Shown piece by piece: positions 28,329 to 39,119 of a stretch of 64,000 nucleotides of DNA. A model generated the notes under the pieces. That model saw only the letters and a program-made list of their open reading frames with translations. It did no database searches and was not told where the DNA came from. The DNA lies in the IMG/VR virus record IMGVR_UViG_3300042922_001473. One strand, 5' to 3'. The translations under genes and the position numbers were made by a program. The stretch is from a virus (Duplodnaviria > Caudoviricetes). Position 1 is the first letter of the stretch; each line of letters starts with the position of its first letter.

Positions 28329-28889
28329 CTATTTATTTTTTACGATATTTCTTAATTCAGATTCTAATAGGTTCTTATATGCATAGATATAGTTTGTTGG
28401 TGAGCCATAGTATAAAGCTATTAAACTATCAAGCAATTCAAACCAATTATTATATGTTCCGAAATTAGGTATCCAAAAATGTCTTTCATTATTAACTTCA
28501 GGTATATTTCCAGTAACTAAATACTCTTTGTATTCTTCTAAAATATGCCTTGTTTTATCTGAACAACAACAGCCCCCTTCTCTTAGCGAAATGAGCTTTT
28601 CAATGTTGTTAGAAAGATAACTATATTTTAAATATATGAACTTTAGTTTATACTCATTGTTTCCAGCGTCTATATTCTTACATAAATTTGCTACTACCAT
28701 TTCCAAAATCTGTTCTATCTGATAAGAAACCATTACATTGAAGGTGTCTAATTCTTCAATGTCATATCCACTGTTAATTAATTTATTTATCATTTCTCCA
28801 TAGTTTTTATTTACTTTTCTATTTTCTGATTCTAATAAAGATTGAAACATACCTTTAAGTGCTTCTTCTATATTCTCTTTCCCATGCAT
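28329..28889 (-). CDS. Hypothetical protein with CC.DK motif, paralogue of 61971-62783
   Basis: Shares FIYL.Y..L..NI..L..LREG..CC.DK.R.IL..Y..Y..TG.I.E...W.P.FGT...W. Confidence 0.8.
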   Translation of the reverse strand: MHGKENIEEALKGMFQSLLESENRKVNKNYGEMINKLINSGYDIEELDTFNVMVSYQIEQILEMVVANLCKNIDAGNNEYKLKFIYLKYSYLSNNIEKLISLREGGCCCSDKTRHILEEYKEYLVTGNIPEVNNERHFWIPNFGTYNNWFELLDSLIALYYGSPTNYIYAYKNLLESELRNIVKNK

Positions 28890-28913
28890 ACAAATTCTCC
28901 TTCATTTATAATT

Positions 28914-29744
28914 TTAAATAATGTCTTCATTATCAACTGAAATAACTATTTTGTTATCATTTACATTTTCTGCTTTTGTAGTAACTTTCGTTTTCTTTTG
29001 AATATCTTCTATTACACATTTCTTAAACAAACATGATAATGTCCAAAAAATCATTAAAGATATCACTAAATGGTAATTTATAAATTTGTATTGTGCTATA
29101 AATCCATTTTCTAATATTAATAAAAACGCACAACTCGAATATATTGAAAATCCTTTATGGAGTTCATTGGTTTCTCTATTGGCGAAACACAATAAGCTTG
29201 AAAACAGCATACCGTAATATCCAAAGCTGTAAATCATATTTGATAGAGGTAAAAATAAAAAGTGTCTAAGTATTAGTTGCTGAATAGCTACAGCTCCAAC
29301 ACTTGCAAAAAATATTTTCGTAGATAATTTCATTAATCCAGAGGTTATCTCTAAATTTAAGAACAATGATTTTAATGTCACAGTTGCATTAGCTAAATAA
29401 TAATTAATGTTATCGTTATACACAAATCTTATCGTTAAAGGTATGATTATGCTTATTATTGCAAGGATAATACCACCTATTGCATTTCCTATATCTCCAT
29501 TAAAAGTAAACAATATTGATTGTAAAATCATTACAATAGATAGTAAGATATAACCCACATGTTCTATTTCTATTTTTTCGGGAAGTTCTAATTTTTGCTT
29601 TTGTATCTTCTTTTGTTTAGGTTTTTTGTTCTTTTCTTTATAATCTCCAAATTTTGAACTTGTTCCATACATTTGAACCATTGTTTTGTCAGCTTCTGAT
29701 GTAGGTTTCTCTGAAAAATTACTAAAATTGTTCATTATTTTCAA
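28914..29744 (-). CDS. Polytopic membrane protein
   Basis: About 6 hydrophobic segments; AGGAGGAG RBS. Confidence 0.8.
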   Translation of the reverse strand: MKIMNNFSNFSEKPTSEADKTMVQMYGTSSKFGDYKEKNKKPKQKKIQKQKLELPEKIEIEHVGYILLSIVMILQSILFTFNGDIGNAIGGIILAIISIIIPLTIRFVYNDNINYYLANATVTLKSLFLNLEITSGLMKLSTKIFFASVGAVAIQQLILRHFLFLPLSNMIYSFGYYGMLFSSLLCFANRETNELHKGFSIYSSCAFLLILENGFIAQYKFINYHLVISLMIFWTLSCLFKKCVIEDIQKKTKVTTKAENVNDNKIVISVDNEDII

Positions 29745-29769
29745 CTCCTCCTTTTATACTTTACAGTCA

Positions 29770-29798
29770 ATTGTATCATTAATATTGTATATAGTCAA
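29770..29798 (-). promoter_or_regulatory. Sigma-A promoter with operator TTGACTATATACAA
   Basis: TTGACT(29798)-17 bp-TACAAT(29775). Confidence 0.8.
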
Positions 29799-30022
29799 CA
29801 TCATAAAGAAAAAATGCACACCAGAATTGACTGATATGCATTTTTTCTTTGAAAATTAAGTTAACGAATAATCTTAATTAAGTTTAATGGTAAGTCTGCT
29901 GAATATTATATTCAAACTCTTTTATTGTTAAGTAAAATATTACTGGTAGAAAGATTAATTTGGTCTAAGAGAGAAGTTTCATTAAGTTATAATACCATTA
30001 TAGGATTATCCATTTATGGTTT

Positions 30023-30343
30023 TTATAATACAAAGATATTAGTTATAAAATGTTCTGTATCTTTTATTAATTTTTCATTATCACTATTGTTTTTTTTAAC
30101 TTCATCTAATAATTCTTTTATAAAATATTCACATACATGTAGCTTATTTTCATATATTTCATTTACACATTCTGCTTTAAATAGCATAGTTGCTACTTTC
30201 TCACCGTACATTAACTTGTATGATTTAAGCTTTGTAATTCTAATTCTATCATTTTCTACAGAAGACAAAGAAATTCCCATAGGTCTTTGTCTTCTGTTAA
30301 TATATTTTTGATTAGTAAATCTTTTTAAGTCTTCTAATTTCAT
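30023..30343 (-). CDS. Hypothetical protein
   Basis: AAGGAG RBS; third gene of the MTase operon. Confidence 0.7.
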   Translation of the reverse strand: MKLEDLKRFTNQKYINRRQRPMGISLSSVENDRIRITKLKSYKLMYGEKVATMLFKAECVNEIYENKLHVCEYFIKELLDEVKKNNSDNEKLIKDTEHFITNIFVL

Positions 30344-30363
30344 AAAGATGTTCTCCTTTTAAA

Positions 30364-30621
30364 TTAATAACTTATTGCGTCAACAGTATTAATTATATCT
30401 TCGTAATTCTCTGGTTGAGTAACTATAACAGTTCCTTTTTCACCATTCTGATTTATAACATTTACTACATCTTCACTATCTACTGTAGTTTTTGGAGTAT
30501 TTTGTGAATTTGGTAGTTCACTTAAATTAGTTTTATTAAAACTAAACATAATAATTAAAAAAGAAATTATTAATATGATAACTGCACCCGTTTTTACAAT
30601 ATTTATTTTTGATTTATTCAT
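30364..30621 (-). CDS. Small membrane-anchored protein
   Basis: N-terminal TM; GGGGGAG RBS. Confidence 0.7.
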   Translation of the reverse strand: MNKSKINIVKTGAVIILIISFLIIMFSFNKTNLSELPNSQNTPKTTVDSEDVVNVINQNGEKGTVIVTQPENYEDIINTVDAISY

Positions 30622-30638
30622 TATAAAAATACTCCCCC

Positions 30639-31727
30639 TTATCTTTTATCTTCTAATATTATATAATCTAATTCTTTTTCATAAATTTTCGCTGTATTTG
30701 AAATTCTTGGGAAACAAATGTCAGTACATATATTGTTTTCATCATTAGTTATTAATACGAATATTCTATTGCCCCCGTCTTCATGATTAAGTTCCATGAC
30801 TGCACACCCAGTTGTTCCACTTCCAGCATAATAATCTAATATCTTTGAATTTTTGTCTGTAAACATTGAGATTATCTTCTTAACTGTATTGATATTTTTG
30901 ACTGTATCAAACCCGAACTTCTTTTTCCCTTGATTATCATTTATATAATATTCCATCATATCTGTATCCATTAAAGTTTCATCTGCAGGTTCAACCCAAT
31001 ATTGTACCGAGTTTTTATGCCTTCTTACAAATTCAAGCTCGAATCCTGTTTCTTTTTCATAACTATCTCTATATTTTTCCCAATATTCTTTCAAAGTCAT
31101 ATTCTTCATATATAATTCTTCATACTTTTTATAATTTACTAAAGCTCTTAACCCTTTTTCCTTTGACCATTTCCACTGTCCTTTGTCAATCATTACACCG
31201 TCTATTTCATATCTCATAGTAGGTCTATCCGCATTAGATTTAAACGAAGTCCAGTATCCACCTTTTCTTTTATCAGAAGTATCTTTATATGCATTTTTGT
31301 AATAAAATTTATTACTCTTTTTATAAACCACTAAAAACTCAAACGCTCTATTTAAGCTACTTACCTTTTTAAATTGATTATTAAGGTTTTTAGTACCTCT
31401 TTTAAGAATAAATGTATTAACATAATTTTCTACACCAAACACCTTGTCCATTATATTTTTGAGTGTAGCATATTCTTTATCATCTATATGAATAGCGATT
31501 GCTCCATCATCATCAAGCATTTCCTTTAATAATTCTAATCTTTCCTCCATGTTTCTTGCCCATTCGTCTTTCAATAAATTATCATTATATATGAAGTTTT
31601 TATTTTGGGTTCTGTATGGAGGGTCTATAATACAGAAATCGAATTTCTTTATTCCTTGTATCAGCTTTAAACCTAATAAATTCTCCCCGTTGATAAGAAC
31701 ATTTGTGTTGTCATTTAATAATTTAAT
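30639..31727 (-). CDS. N6-adenine DNA methyltransferase (beta class, Mod-like), probable ATT start
   Basis: The 51 in-frame codons above the tracked start carry LINGENL.GL and the catalytic IDPPY; SAM motif LDYYAGSGTTG is C-terminal; AAAGGAG 9 nt before ATT 31727; no in-frame ATG/GTG/TTG before the upstream stop. Confidence 0.85.
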   Translation of the reverse strand: MKLLNDNTNVLINGENLLGLKLIQGIKKFDFCIIDPPYRTQNKNFIYNDNLLKDEWARNMEERLELLKEMLDDDGAIAIHIDDKEYATLKNIMDKVFGVENYVNTFILKRGTKNLNNQFKKVSSLNRAFEFLVVYKKSNKFYYKNAYKDTSDKRKGGYWTSFKSNADRPTMRYEIDGVMIDKGQWKWSKEKGLRALVNYKKYEELYMKNMTLKEYWEKYRDSYEKETGFELEFVRRHKNSVQYWVEPADETLMDTDMMEYYINDNQGKKKFGFDTVKNINTVKKIISMFTDKNSKILDYYAGSGTTGCAVMELNHEDGGNRIFVLITNDENNICTDICFPRISNTAKIYEKELDYIILEDKR

Positions 31728-31745
31728 ATTGTTCAGCTCCTTTCG

Positions 31746-31759
31746 TTGACTATTGTCTA
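31746..31759. promoter_or_regulatory. Operator TTGACTATTGTCTA between the -10 and the RBS of the MTase operon
   Basis: Same motif as the other sites; minus-strand TATAAT just upstream (~31772). Confidence 0.7.
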
Positions 31760-31958
31760 TGATTAAATTATAAATGGTTGTTTTGAATGCTTCAATGTCT
31801 TATCTGTTTAATTAAGTAGTACATTTAAATTCGGTTGCAAATTTTATTTTACATTTACACAATGACTTGGCATTATATATAATAAGAAAGAACAATAATA
31901 AACACAGGGGCAAATGTATCCCCTGCGTTTATTATTGTTCTTCTACTTAAAAATACTT

Positions 31959-32249
31959 TTATTTATTATTCACTTGCTTACATATCATATCTGCCTTTTT
32001 TATTACTTCAAGTGCAGACATATTAGTAATTCTTTTAATAAATATATTTTTTGCTCTCTCTACTTTTTCAATTGGGAGTTCTAATTCCTCAGAAAGAGTG
32101 CTATTCTCAGTATTAACAATCAATTCAATGAATAACAGTTTTATTTCTCTACCGTAATTTTCAAACTGTTGTAAGCGTCTTTCATAATCTATTTCTCCGT
32201 AATAATCACTCATAATCACCTCATAAACTCTTATATTTAAGTTTTTCAC
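31959..32249 (-). CDS. Hypothetical protein, possible HTH
   Basis: LSEELELPIEKVERAK. Confidence 0.5.
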   Translation of the reverse strand: MKNLNIRVYEVIMSDYYGEIDYERRLQQFENYGREIKLLFIELIVNTENSTLSEELELPIEKVERAKNIFIKRITNMSALEVIKKADMICKQVNNK

Positions 32250-32275
32250 AATATTTTACTATAACTTTCATTTAA

Positions 32276-32578
32276 CTAATAGTATGGGTATGTATTAGCT
32301 TTTATATTACGGAACATTATATATATTAAAGTTAATATTGTGATGCCCAAAAATATTAAAACATTTGGTGTAAAAATACCCATCATAATATCTGTCACAC
32401 TACCTTCCCCATTTAAAATATTTACTGGTACAATTAGCAAAAGGTGAAATACAGAAGACATAGCAGGGCTGACAATTATTATATCTATTAATATTCTTAA
32501 ATTCAAACAATCTGTAATTACTGTAATCATTATAAATATTAGCATAAAAAATATTGCTAATACAATCATCTCAAACAT
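32276..32578 (-). CDS. Small membrane protein
   Basis: 3 hydrophobic segments; AAGGGGG RBS. Confidence 0.7.
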   Translation of the reverse strand: MFEMIVLAIFFMLIFIMITVITDCLNLRILIDIIIVSPAMSSVFHLLLIVPVNILNGEGSVTDIMMGIFTPNVLIFLGITILTLIYIMFRNIKANTYPYY

Positions 32579-32593
32579 TGTTGTCCCCCTTAA

Positions 32594-33040
32594 TTATTTG
32601 TTTTGTAATAGACCTTCAACACATTGATTAATTAATTTTCCATCTGCTTTACCCTTAACCTTTGGCATTAAAGCTTTCATTAATTTCCCTTTTTCATTTA
32701 TACTTGCGATATTTAATTCTTCTATAGTAGCTTTAATAATACTTGTTATTTCATCTTCTGTAAGTTGTTCAGGTAAATATTCTTTAAGTATTTCAATTTC
32801 AAGTTTTGCTTTTTGAAACAAATCAACTCTTCCTTGATTGCTATATAATACAAGACTATCTACTGTTCTTTTTTGCATTTTTAACAACATTTCTTCTATT
32901 TTTGAATCTGTAAATTCGCCTTTAACTCTTTTTCCCTCAGTTTCAATTTCTCCTATTACAACCTGTAAAAATTCTTTTTTCTTAGTATCTTTATCTTTCA
33001 TTGCCTGAAACATATCCTTTTTTAATTTTTCTAATAACAT
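32594..33040 (-). CDS. GatB/YqeY domain protein
   Basis: AMKDKD..K, R.DL..KA..EIEILKEYLPEQL, GKLMKALMPKVKGKADGK. Confidence 0.93.
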   Translation of the reverse strand: MLLEKLKKDMFQAMKDKDTKKKEFLQVVIGEIETEGKRVKGEFTDSKIEEMLLKMQKRTVDSLVLYSNQGRVDLFQKAKLEIEILKEYLPEQLTEDEITSIIKATIEELNIASINEKGKLMKALMPKVKGKADGKLINQCVEGLLQNK

Positions 33041-33069
33041 ACCTTTGTTCTCCCTTTTTATTTTTTTCT

Positions 33070-33396
33070 TTAATATTTATCACAATCTACAACAGTTTTA
33101 GTTTGTGAGATATTTATTTTAACTAATCTGAATTTGGTAACTTCAGCTACATCTCCTAATACTTTTGTCTTTGCTAACTCATTAAGCTTATTACACATAG
33201 TCCTGGCATATTCTTCATCATATATCCCATGTACTCCAATTTCCTGCCAACACTCTCCACATGCAGAATATTCTCCATGCTCATATTCTGGTAAATAATT
33301 TCTATCATGGCATAGTCTCCACCTATCCCATTTACTTTGATATTCTTCTATTTGATAAAATTCATAGTTGCCATCTTTTCTTAACATTCTTACCAT
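33070..33396 (-). CDS. Hypothetical protein
   Basis: In operon; SACGECWQEIGVHG motif. Confidence 0.7.
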   Translation of the reverse strand: MVRMLRKDGNYEFYQIEEYQSKWDRWRLCHDRNYLPEYEHGEYSACGECWQEIGVHGIYDEEYARTMCNKLNELAKTKVLGDVAEVTKFRLVKINISQTKTVVDCDKY

Positions 33397-33410
33397 TATA
33401 CATATATCTC

Positions 33411-33818
33411 CTATTCAAAATCTTCTGGTATTTCACCATGTATTGATACTATTTCATTTTTTTCTTTATCCCATTTAAATAAGCGACTTTTCTCTTTAGA
33501 AATTCCTTTATTTTCTAATGTTTTAAAAAAATCTTTAGTAGTATCTTCTGTTATTGGATTATCAAATATAAATAAGCTTCCACAGCCTTCTTTATCTTCT
33601 ATATACATACTTCCAAATCCGTCATGTACTGTATGAACCCACTTAGGATTACCATCTTCAATTACCACATTACCACTTTTATCTCTTTCCAAACAATGTT
33701 TATCTGTTTTTCCACATACCGTACATGAAATATTTATTTCGCCTGTATGGTAATTGTAGTTATCATAAGTTAATTTTCCACATTGTTTACATTTTTCATA
33801 ATTTAATAAACTTCCCAT
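33411..33818 (-). CDS. Zn-ribbon hypothetical protein
   Basis: CKQCG...CTVCG. Confidence 0.75.
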   Translation of the reverse strand: MGSLLNYEKCKQCGKLTYDNYNYHTGEINISCTVCGKTDKHCLERDKSGNVVIEDGNPKWVHTVHDGFGSMYIEDKEGCGSLFIFDNPITEDTTKDFFKTLENKGISKEKSRLFKWDKEKNEIVSIHGEIPEDFE

Positions 33819-33935
33819 TTTGTTTCTCCTTAAAGTATTTATAGTTTTACACCATTTTTATTAACTCTTTTGATTATATTCATACTTTAGTGGTTTAATT
33901 ATTAAGTTCATTTATAAAGTATCTTCTATGCTACA

Positions 33936-34208
33936 TTAATGAATTATCAAAATTACAACTAAAATATAGAAAAGTAATAAAGAAGAAATTATTATAAAAA
34001 TAGGCAAAATTAAATACTTTAAAAAACATATCATAAATTTAAAAATATTAAGAACTTCACAATTTTGTATATTTGACATTACCTGTGGTTTTGTTAATAC
34101 CTCTTCACTAATTCCTGCAAATCCGTTATCAGCATAAAAGATAGATTTAATTAATTGCGTTTTATTACTGTTTTTATTCCATGCTCTGAATTTAATTTTT
34201 CTACTCAT
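33936..34208 (-). CDS. YopX-like N-terminus with hydrophobic tail (possibly a remnant)
   Basis: MSRKIKFRAWNK. Confidence 0.5.
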   Translation of the reverse strand: MSRKIKFRAWNKNSNKTQLIKSIFYADNGFAGISEEVLTKPQVMSNIQNCEVLNIFKFMICFLKYLILPIFIIISSLLLFYILVVILIIH

Positions 34209-34251
34209 AATCTTTTTCCCTTCTTAAATACCATAACTAATATCGCTAACC

Positions 34252-34584
34252 TTAAATTGTTGTATCAGTTAATAGATTAATCATATCTTTCTTGTAAATA
34301 TCTAAAAATTCCGAATAAGCTGTTTTGTATTCCTCTCCAAACTTCTCATACAAAAATTTTCGCCACTTAACATCAGCATAGGTTGAGCTAAAATCATACA
34401 TTATCTCATTTTTCACCGTTTCCCCAAATTTTATTGTAATATATAAATGTTCTTCTTTTTCGTCAAAATATTTACTTATGTGCATTGATGAAACATTTAT
34501 ATAAAAGAATTCATTTAAATCTTCTTTTTTTAGCCTTTCTATAAACATATATTTCTCCTCATTACTTAGAATTTTCTTCTTCAA
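34252..34584 (-). CDS. Hypothetical protein overlapping the radA 3' end
   Basis: In operon. Confidence 0.65.
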   Translation of the reverse strand: MKKKILSNEEKYMFIERLKKEDLNEFFYINVSSMHISKYFDEKEEHLYITIKFGETVKNEIMYDFSSTYADVKWRKFLYEKFGEEYKTAYSEFLDIYKKDMINLLTDTTI

Positions 34585-35974
34585 TTAGCTCTTTTTTGTT
34601 TCCGAACATTGAGACAATTACATCATTTAGAGTTTTAGCTTCAATAATTTTTATATCCGCATTTAATTTCTCTTTTAAATTCCCTTTTGGTATTACGACT
34701 GAAGCAAATCCCAATCGTGAAAGTTCTTTTACCCTACTTTCGCAATTTGGTATAATTTTAAGTTCTCCCGTAAGACCAACTTCACCTATAAATACTGTAT
34801 TATTTGGTATTGGTTTTTTATAATAACTTGATACCATTGACATAATTACACCAAGATTTACTGCTGGTTCACTAAGTTTTAAGCCACCCGTTACCATGAC
34901 GCTAACGTTTTTATCATAACAAGATAATCCACCTTTTTGACCTAATATCTCAACCAACATTTCTAACAAGTCTCTATTAATTCCAATTCCCCTTCTTGAA
35001 GGAAAACCGAAATATGATTTACTAATAAGACTTTCAATTTCTACTATAAAGTTTCTTGAACCTTCCCTTGTAACAGTTAATGCACTCCCTGAAATTGGAA
35101 TTTCTCTTTGAGTTGCGAAATATTGAGACGGATTATCAATTGGTTCAAGTCCCGTTGCTGTCATAATGAATAATGAAATTTCAGAGGTATCTCCGTACCT
35201 ATTTTTTGAACAGTATCCTTTTCTTAACTGTTCGCCCCTATCCCCTTCTAAATATATAACAGCATCAACAGCGTGTTCGAACACCATTTGACCAGCTAAC
35301 TGTTCGTTTTTATTTTGTTGTGCTATTATTAGAAAACTTCTTGGTCTATTCTTGTTTTTAGCAATTTCTACTATCTTATACGTAGATTCATTAACTTGGG
35401 TTGGACTTCCTGGTCTTGAATTAATTTCTTCAAGATACATTGTCTGAATAGAATCAATTACAATTAAATCTGGATTAATTTCATTAATATACTCTTCGAT
35501 TCTATTCATGCAGGTCTCAGAAATTATCCATAGATTATCATCAATATCTCCACATATCCTGTCAGCTCTACCTTTTATTTGAGTATCACTTTCTTCCCCT
35601 GATACGTATAACACTGTATGACCGCTACGACTAATATTGTTAACTATTTTAATAGCAATAGAGCTTTTCCCAGCTCCTGGCTGTGCTGTAAGTACATTAA
35701 CAGAATCTTTAACAATACCTCCCCCTAACATTCTATCAAACTCATTTATTCCTGTTTTTATTCTGTTAGTTTGACTAACCGATATTGTTTTTAACCTAAC
35801 TGGTTTAGTACCACTTGAAAGACCTTTTCTTCCTGCCATTGCAGTTGGAGCTTTACTTTCAATGTTTTCTTCCATTAATGTATTCCATTCATTACATTGA
35901 GGGCATTTACCCATCCACTTAATTTCTACATGACCACAATTACTACATCTATGTTGAGTTTTATTTTTTGCCAC
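34562..35974 (-). CDS. radA: DNA repair protein RadA/Sms
   Basis: Zn finger CSNCG..CPQC, Walker A PGAGKS, YVSGEES, IDSIQ, KNRYG, C-terminal GEVGLTGE; GGAGG then GTG 35974. Confidence 0.95.
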   Translation of the reverse strand: MAKNKTQHRCSNCGHVEIKWMGKCPQCNEWNTLMEENIESKAPTAMAGRKGLSSGTKPVRLKTISVSQTNRIKTGINEFDRMLGGGIVKDSVNVLTAQPGAGKSSIAIKIVNNISRSGHTVLYVSGEESDTQIKGRADRICGDIDDNLWIISETCMNRIEEYINEINPDLIVIDSIQTMYLEEINSRPGSPTQVNESTYKIVEIAKNKNRPRSFLIIAQQNKNEQLAGQMVFEHAVDAVIYLEGDRGEQLRKGYCSKNRYGDTSEISLFIMTATGLEPIDNPSQYFATQREIPISGSALTVTREGSRNFIVEIESLISKSYFGFPSRRGIGINRDLLEMLVEILGQKGGLSCYDKNVSVMVTGGLKLSEPAVNLGVIMSMVSSYYKKPIPNNTVFIGEVGLTGELKIIPNCESRVKELSRLGFASVVIPKGNLKEKLNADIKIIEAKTLNDVIVSMFGNKKELIEEENSK

Positions 35975-36154
35975 TATGTACCTCCAATTACTTATAAAAT
36001 TCATTAAAATATATTTCTTTATAAATATTATATCATATTAAATATAATTTGTAAATTGTAATTTACACATTTAAAATATTTGCACTTATTTAAATGTTTT
36101 AAAGAAAAAAATAAAAAAGACTAAATTTCTTTAGTCCTTTAAATTTCATGCTTA

Positions 36155-36325
36155 TTATCCAGCTAATAATCTATTAAAAATATATTTAATTAGACCACCT
36201 AATACTTCAAAAAATCCTTCTAATAATAATGCTCCTCTATAGCCATTATCATTAATAAAGAAATATCTTAATAACATTATTAAAGTAGAAATAACAAATA
36301 CTTTTACCCATAAACTTTTAAACAT
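36155..36325 (-). CDS. 56-aa membrane peptide (absent from track)
   Basis: AAGGTGG RBS; MFKSLWVKVFVISTLIMLLRYFF... Confidence 0.6.
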   Translation of the reverse strand: MFKSLWVKVFVISTLIMLLRYFFINDNGYRGALLLEGFFEVLGGLIKYIFNRLLAG

Positions 36326-36344
36326 ATTTTACCACCTTTTAATA

Positions 36345-36977
36345 TTAAAATTTTGAAATATGCTTTGCTATTTCATAGCTATCTTGTGCAACAGTAAATA
36401 ATCCATTAATTGAAACATCAACAATGTAATCTTTTTTACTATTATTGTCATTGAAATTAAGTTTAATGAATCCATTTTCAGTTATTAAGTCAACAATAGT
36501 CCCAAACATTAATTCATTTTCTTCTAAATAATCAATAGCCTCTGCTGAGATTTCTAAACTTTCATATTTAGAAATTATTGCAAATTTACCTGGTATAAAT
36601 TCCTCTCTTTTTTGATTCATTTTATAATAATCCCAATCAAAAGTACCATCTTCTTTCATTCTTCCATATTTATAATATGGCGAACATTTTCTCATATATG
36701 CACTTTCAATTGTACCTCCAAGAACTGATTGTGAAAATCCATAGCAATTACAATTTACTGCATTGTCACAAGTAGGAGCTAATTCACAACTTCCACAACA
36801 CCTATCATCTTTATAGATTGAACATAATGGTTCGCCTTCTTTAGTTCTCCACTCTGGTAATTTATATCTATTTCTTGTTTCTGCACTATGACACGTAAGA
36901 ATGGTTTTTCGTCTTAAACCGTTTTTTTCATCATATCTATCTACAATCCTTCTTAAAGTATTAATAACAATTTTCAT
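36345..36977 (-). CDS. Cys-rich hypothetical protein
   Basis: C.....RCCGSC....C....CNC cluster; AGGAGG RBS. Confidence 0.75.
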   Translation of the reverse strand: MKIVINTLRRIVDRYDEKNGLRRKTILTCHSAETRNRYKLPEWRTKEGEPLCSIYKDDRCCGSCELAPTCDNAVNCNCYGFSQSVLGGTIESAYMRKCSPYYKYGRMKEDGTFDWDYYKMNQKREEFIPGKFAIISKYESLEISAEAIDYLEENELMFGTIVDLITENGFIKLNFNDNNSKKDYIVDVSINGLFTVAQDSYEIAKHISKF

Positions 36978-37256
36978 AATTGTCCTCCTATGTAATTTAA
37001 ATAAACTATTTTCCTATATTTTTATATAAACATATTTCATTATATTTTATTTATTATTCATATATAACACTTCTTATTTTCAAATATATATCACTGATAC
37101 AGTTCATATCGGTTAAAAAACAAAAAAATATCGGCATAAAAAGTTTAATAATAATATTGTAGGTAAAAAAATTAAATTTAATTTCTAAGTATATAATATA
37201 TAAAATATAAAAACAAGGCGTTATATTTTTTAATAAAATTAAAAGGAGTATTTATA

Positions 37257-37700
37257 ATGTCAGTATTAGAAAAAGGGTTTTTAAATAATGCTAAAGGAAT
37301 TAAGATAGATGATTGGGTTGACCAGTTCAAAACAATGAATTTAGATATGAAAAAGTTAAAAGAACATTACGAAAGTTTAAGCGAAGATAAAAAAACAGAG
37401 TGGATAGAAAAATCTATCAAAAAAAATGGTGGCGTAAGGGTTCAACTTGAAGATTGGAGCGATGATTATCCTAATGTTCATGCTTATGCAGATGTAGTTG
37501 GTACATATCCAATATCAAAAAAAAGTTTATTTAAAGGTGGACTTGAATACCCTAAATTAAACCAAAGTTTTAGATGTGCATTAAAATTTCCGTCTACCGA
37601 GGAAGCAAGAGACGCTTTTAATAAACTTGTAAACGGAGAAACAAACATTTTGGATTATGTGACGTATTTCGAGCAAGAGGAACTTGTAGACTGCCTGTAA
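37257..37700 (+). CDS. Hypothetical protein
   Basis: AAGGAG RBS; terminator follows. Confidence 0.75.
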   Translation: MSVLEKGFLNNAKGIKIDDWVDQFKTMNLDMKKLKEHYESLSEDKKTEWIEKSIKKNGGVRVQLEDWSDDYPNVHAYADVVGTYPISKKSLFKGGLEYPKLNQSFRCALKFPSTEEARDAFNKLVNGETNILDYVTYFEQEELVDCL

Positions 37701-37933
37701 AACATATAGAACGCAACCAAAAGCGAGTTGCGTTTTTTAATATCACAAACTATTACGTATATATTTAATTCAATTTGGTGAAAATATCCTAATATTAATA
37801 TATGAACCAAAAACATATAATTCGATTTAGTATATTTATGAAATAAAATATGATGATATTAGGAGTGTATCATATGTTGATAAAAATTTCATAGTTTCAT
37901 AAAAAAGATACTGCAGGTTATGCAGTATCTTTT

Positions 37934-38974
37934 TTATATTGCTTGTTGTACATTTATATGGTCAAAATCTGTATTTATATAATACTCTATTTCTTCTCGA
38001 TTCCAACTTAAAGACAATTCGCTATTTACTAATATTTTTAGATTGTTAATTTTATTTTCCTTTTTTATTTTTTCTCTTGCCATGCCATGTTGATTATAAT
38101 TAAATATAATAGGTGTAGATAATAAAAGCATTGAGTATTCTACAAAACCAAGAGTTTCCTTATTTCGTATAATTGGATAACTTGAAAAATAATTTTCTAC
38201 TGTGTGCCACAGACAATCATAATCTTCATTAGACAAAACATGTTCTCTGTTAAACTCTGTAACTGCATTAATAGTACTAAATGTATCTGTTTTCAATAAA
38301 GGACTAAATTTTATACTATCGCAATAGTCTTTAATTTGATTATAGAAACACAAGATATCATTAAGATTATCATTATTACCTTTAAAACAATTGTTATTTA
38401 TTCTTATGGATACATTCCCTTCATCTGCTATTTTCTTAAATGTTTTCAAATGTTCTAAACTTAAATACGTATTACTTCCTGATACGTACTTCTGTTTATC
38501 TTCATCTAAAGACATAACAGAAATATTCATATGTGTAATACCTGATGACATTAATTTTTTACAATAATCCATGTCTTTGCTCATTCTGTGACCATTTGTA
38601 GTAATACAGATTTTATTTAAATTAAATTGTTTTAAATACTCTATTATCTCAAAAAGTCCATCATATATTGTTGGTTCACCCCCAACTAATAAAACCTCTT
38701 TTACCCCCATATGCTCTATAGCATACTTTATTTTTTGTTTATGCTTATTTATATTACATATTTCTTTTTTATGAACTAATTGTGAAATACAAAACTTACA
38801 TTGTGCATTACAGTAGTCATTAAGCACTATGTCAAGATAAGGGTATGTGCTTAGTAAAAATTTCTTGCCTTTATTATTAAATTCCTCATAATCTACTTTT
38901 CTACATATTTCATATTGGCTAAATTTTGCATTTTGTTTTTCATCAACCATTCTTGATAAATTAAATATTTTCAT
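37934..38974 (-). CDS. Radical SAM enzyme
   Basis: CNAQCKFC (CxxxCxxC), GGEPT, ITTNG. Confidence 0.92.
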   Translation of the reverse strand: MKIFNLSRMVDEKQNAKFSQYEICRKVDYEEFNNKGKKFLLSTYPYLDIVLNDYCNAQCKFCISQLVHKKEICNINKHKQKIKYAIEHMGVKEVLLVGGEPTIYDGLFEIIEYLKQFNLNKICITTNGHRMSKDMDYCKKLMSSGITHMNISVMSLDEDKQKYVSGSNTYLSLEHLKTFKKIADEGNVSIRINNNCFKGNNDNLNDILCFYNQIKDYCDSIKFSPLLKTDTFSTINAVTEFNREHVLSNEDYDCLWHTVENYFSSYPIIRNKETLGFVEYSMLLLSTPIIFNYNQHGMAREKIKKENKINNLKILVNSELSLSWNREEIEYYINTDFDHINVQQAI

Positions 38975-39119
38975 AATTTCCTCCAATAAACTAAATTAAA
39001 AATTTCCCTTAATTATATAAATATATAGTATTATATACGAGCAATCTCACATTTATTTTATTAAATAATATAGAGATTTGATTATTATTTTGTTATAATA
39101 GATTGAGAGGGGTGGTTTA

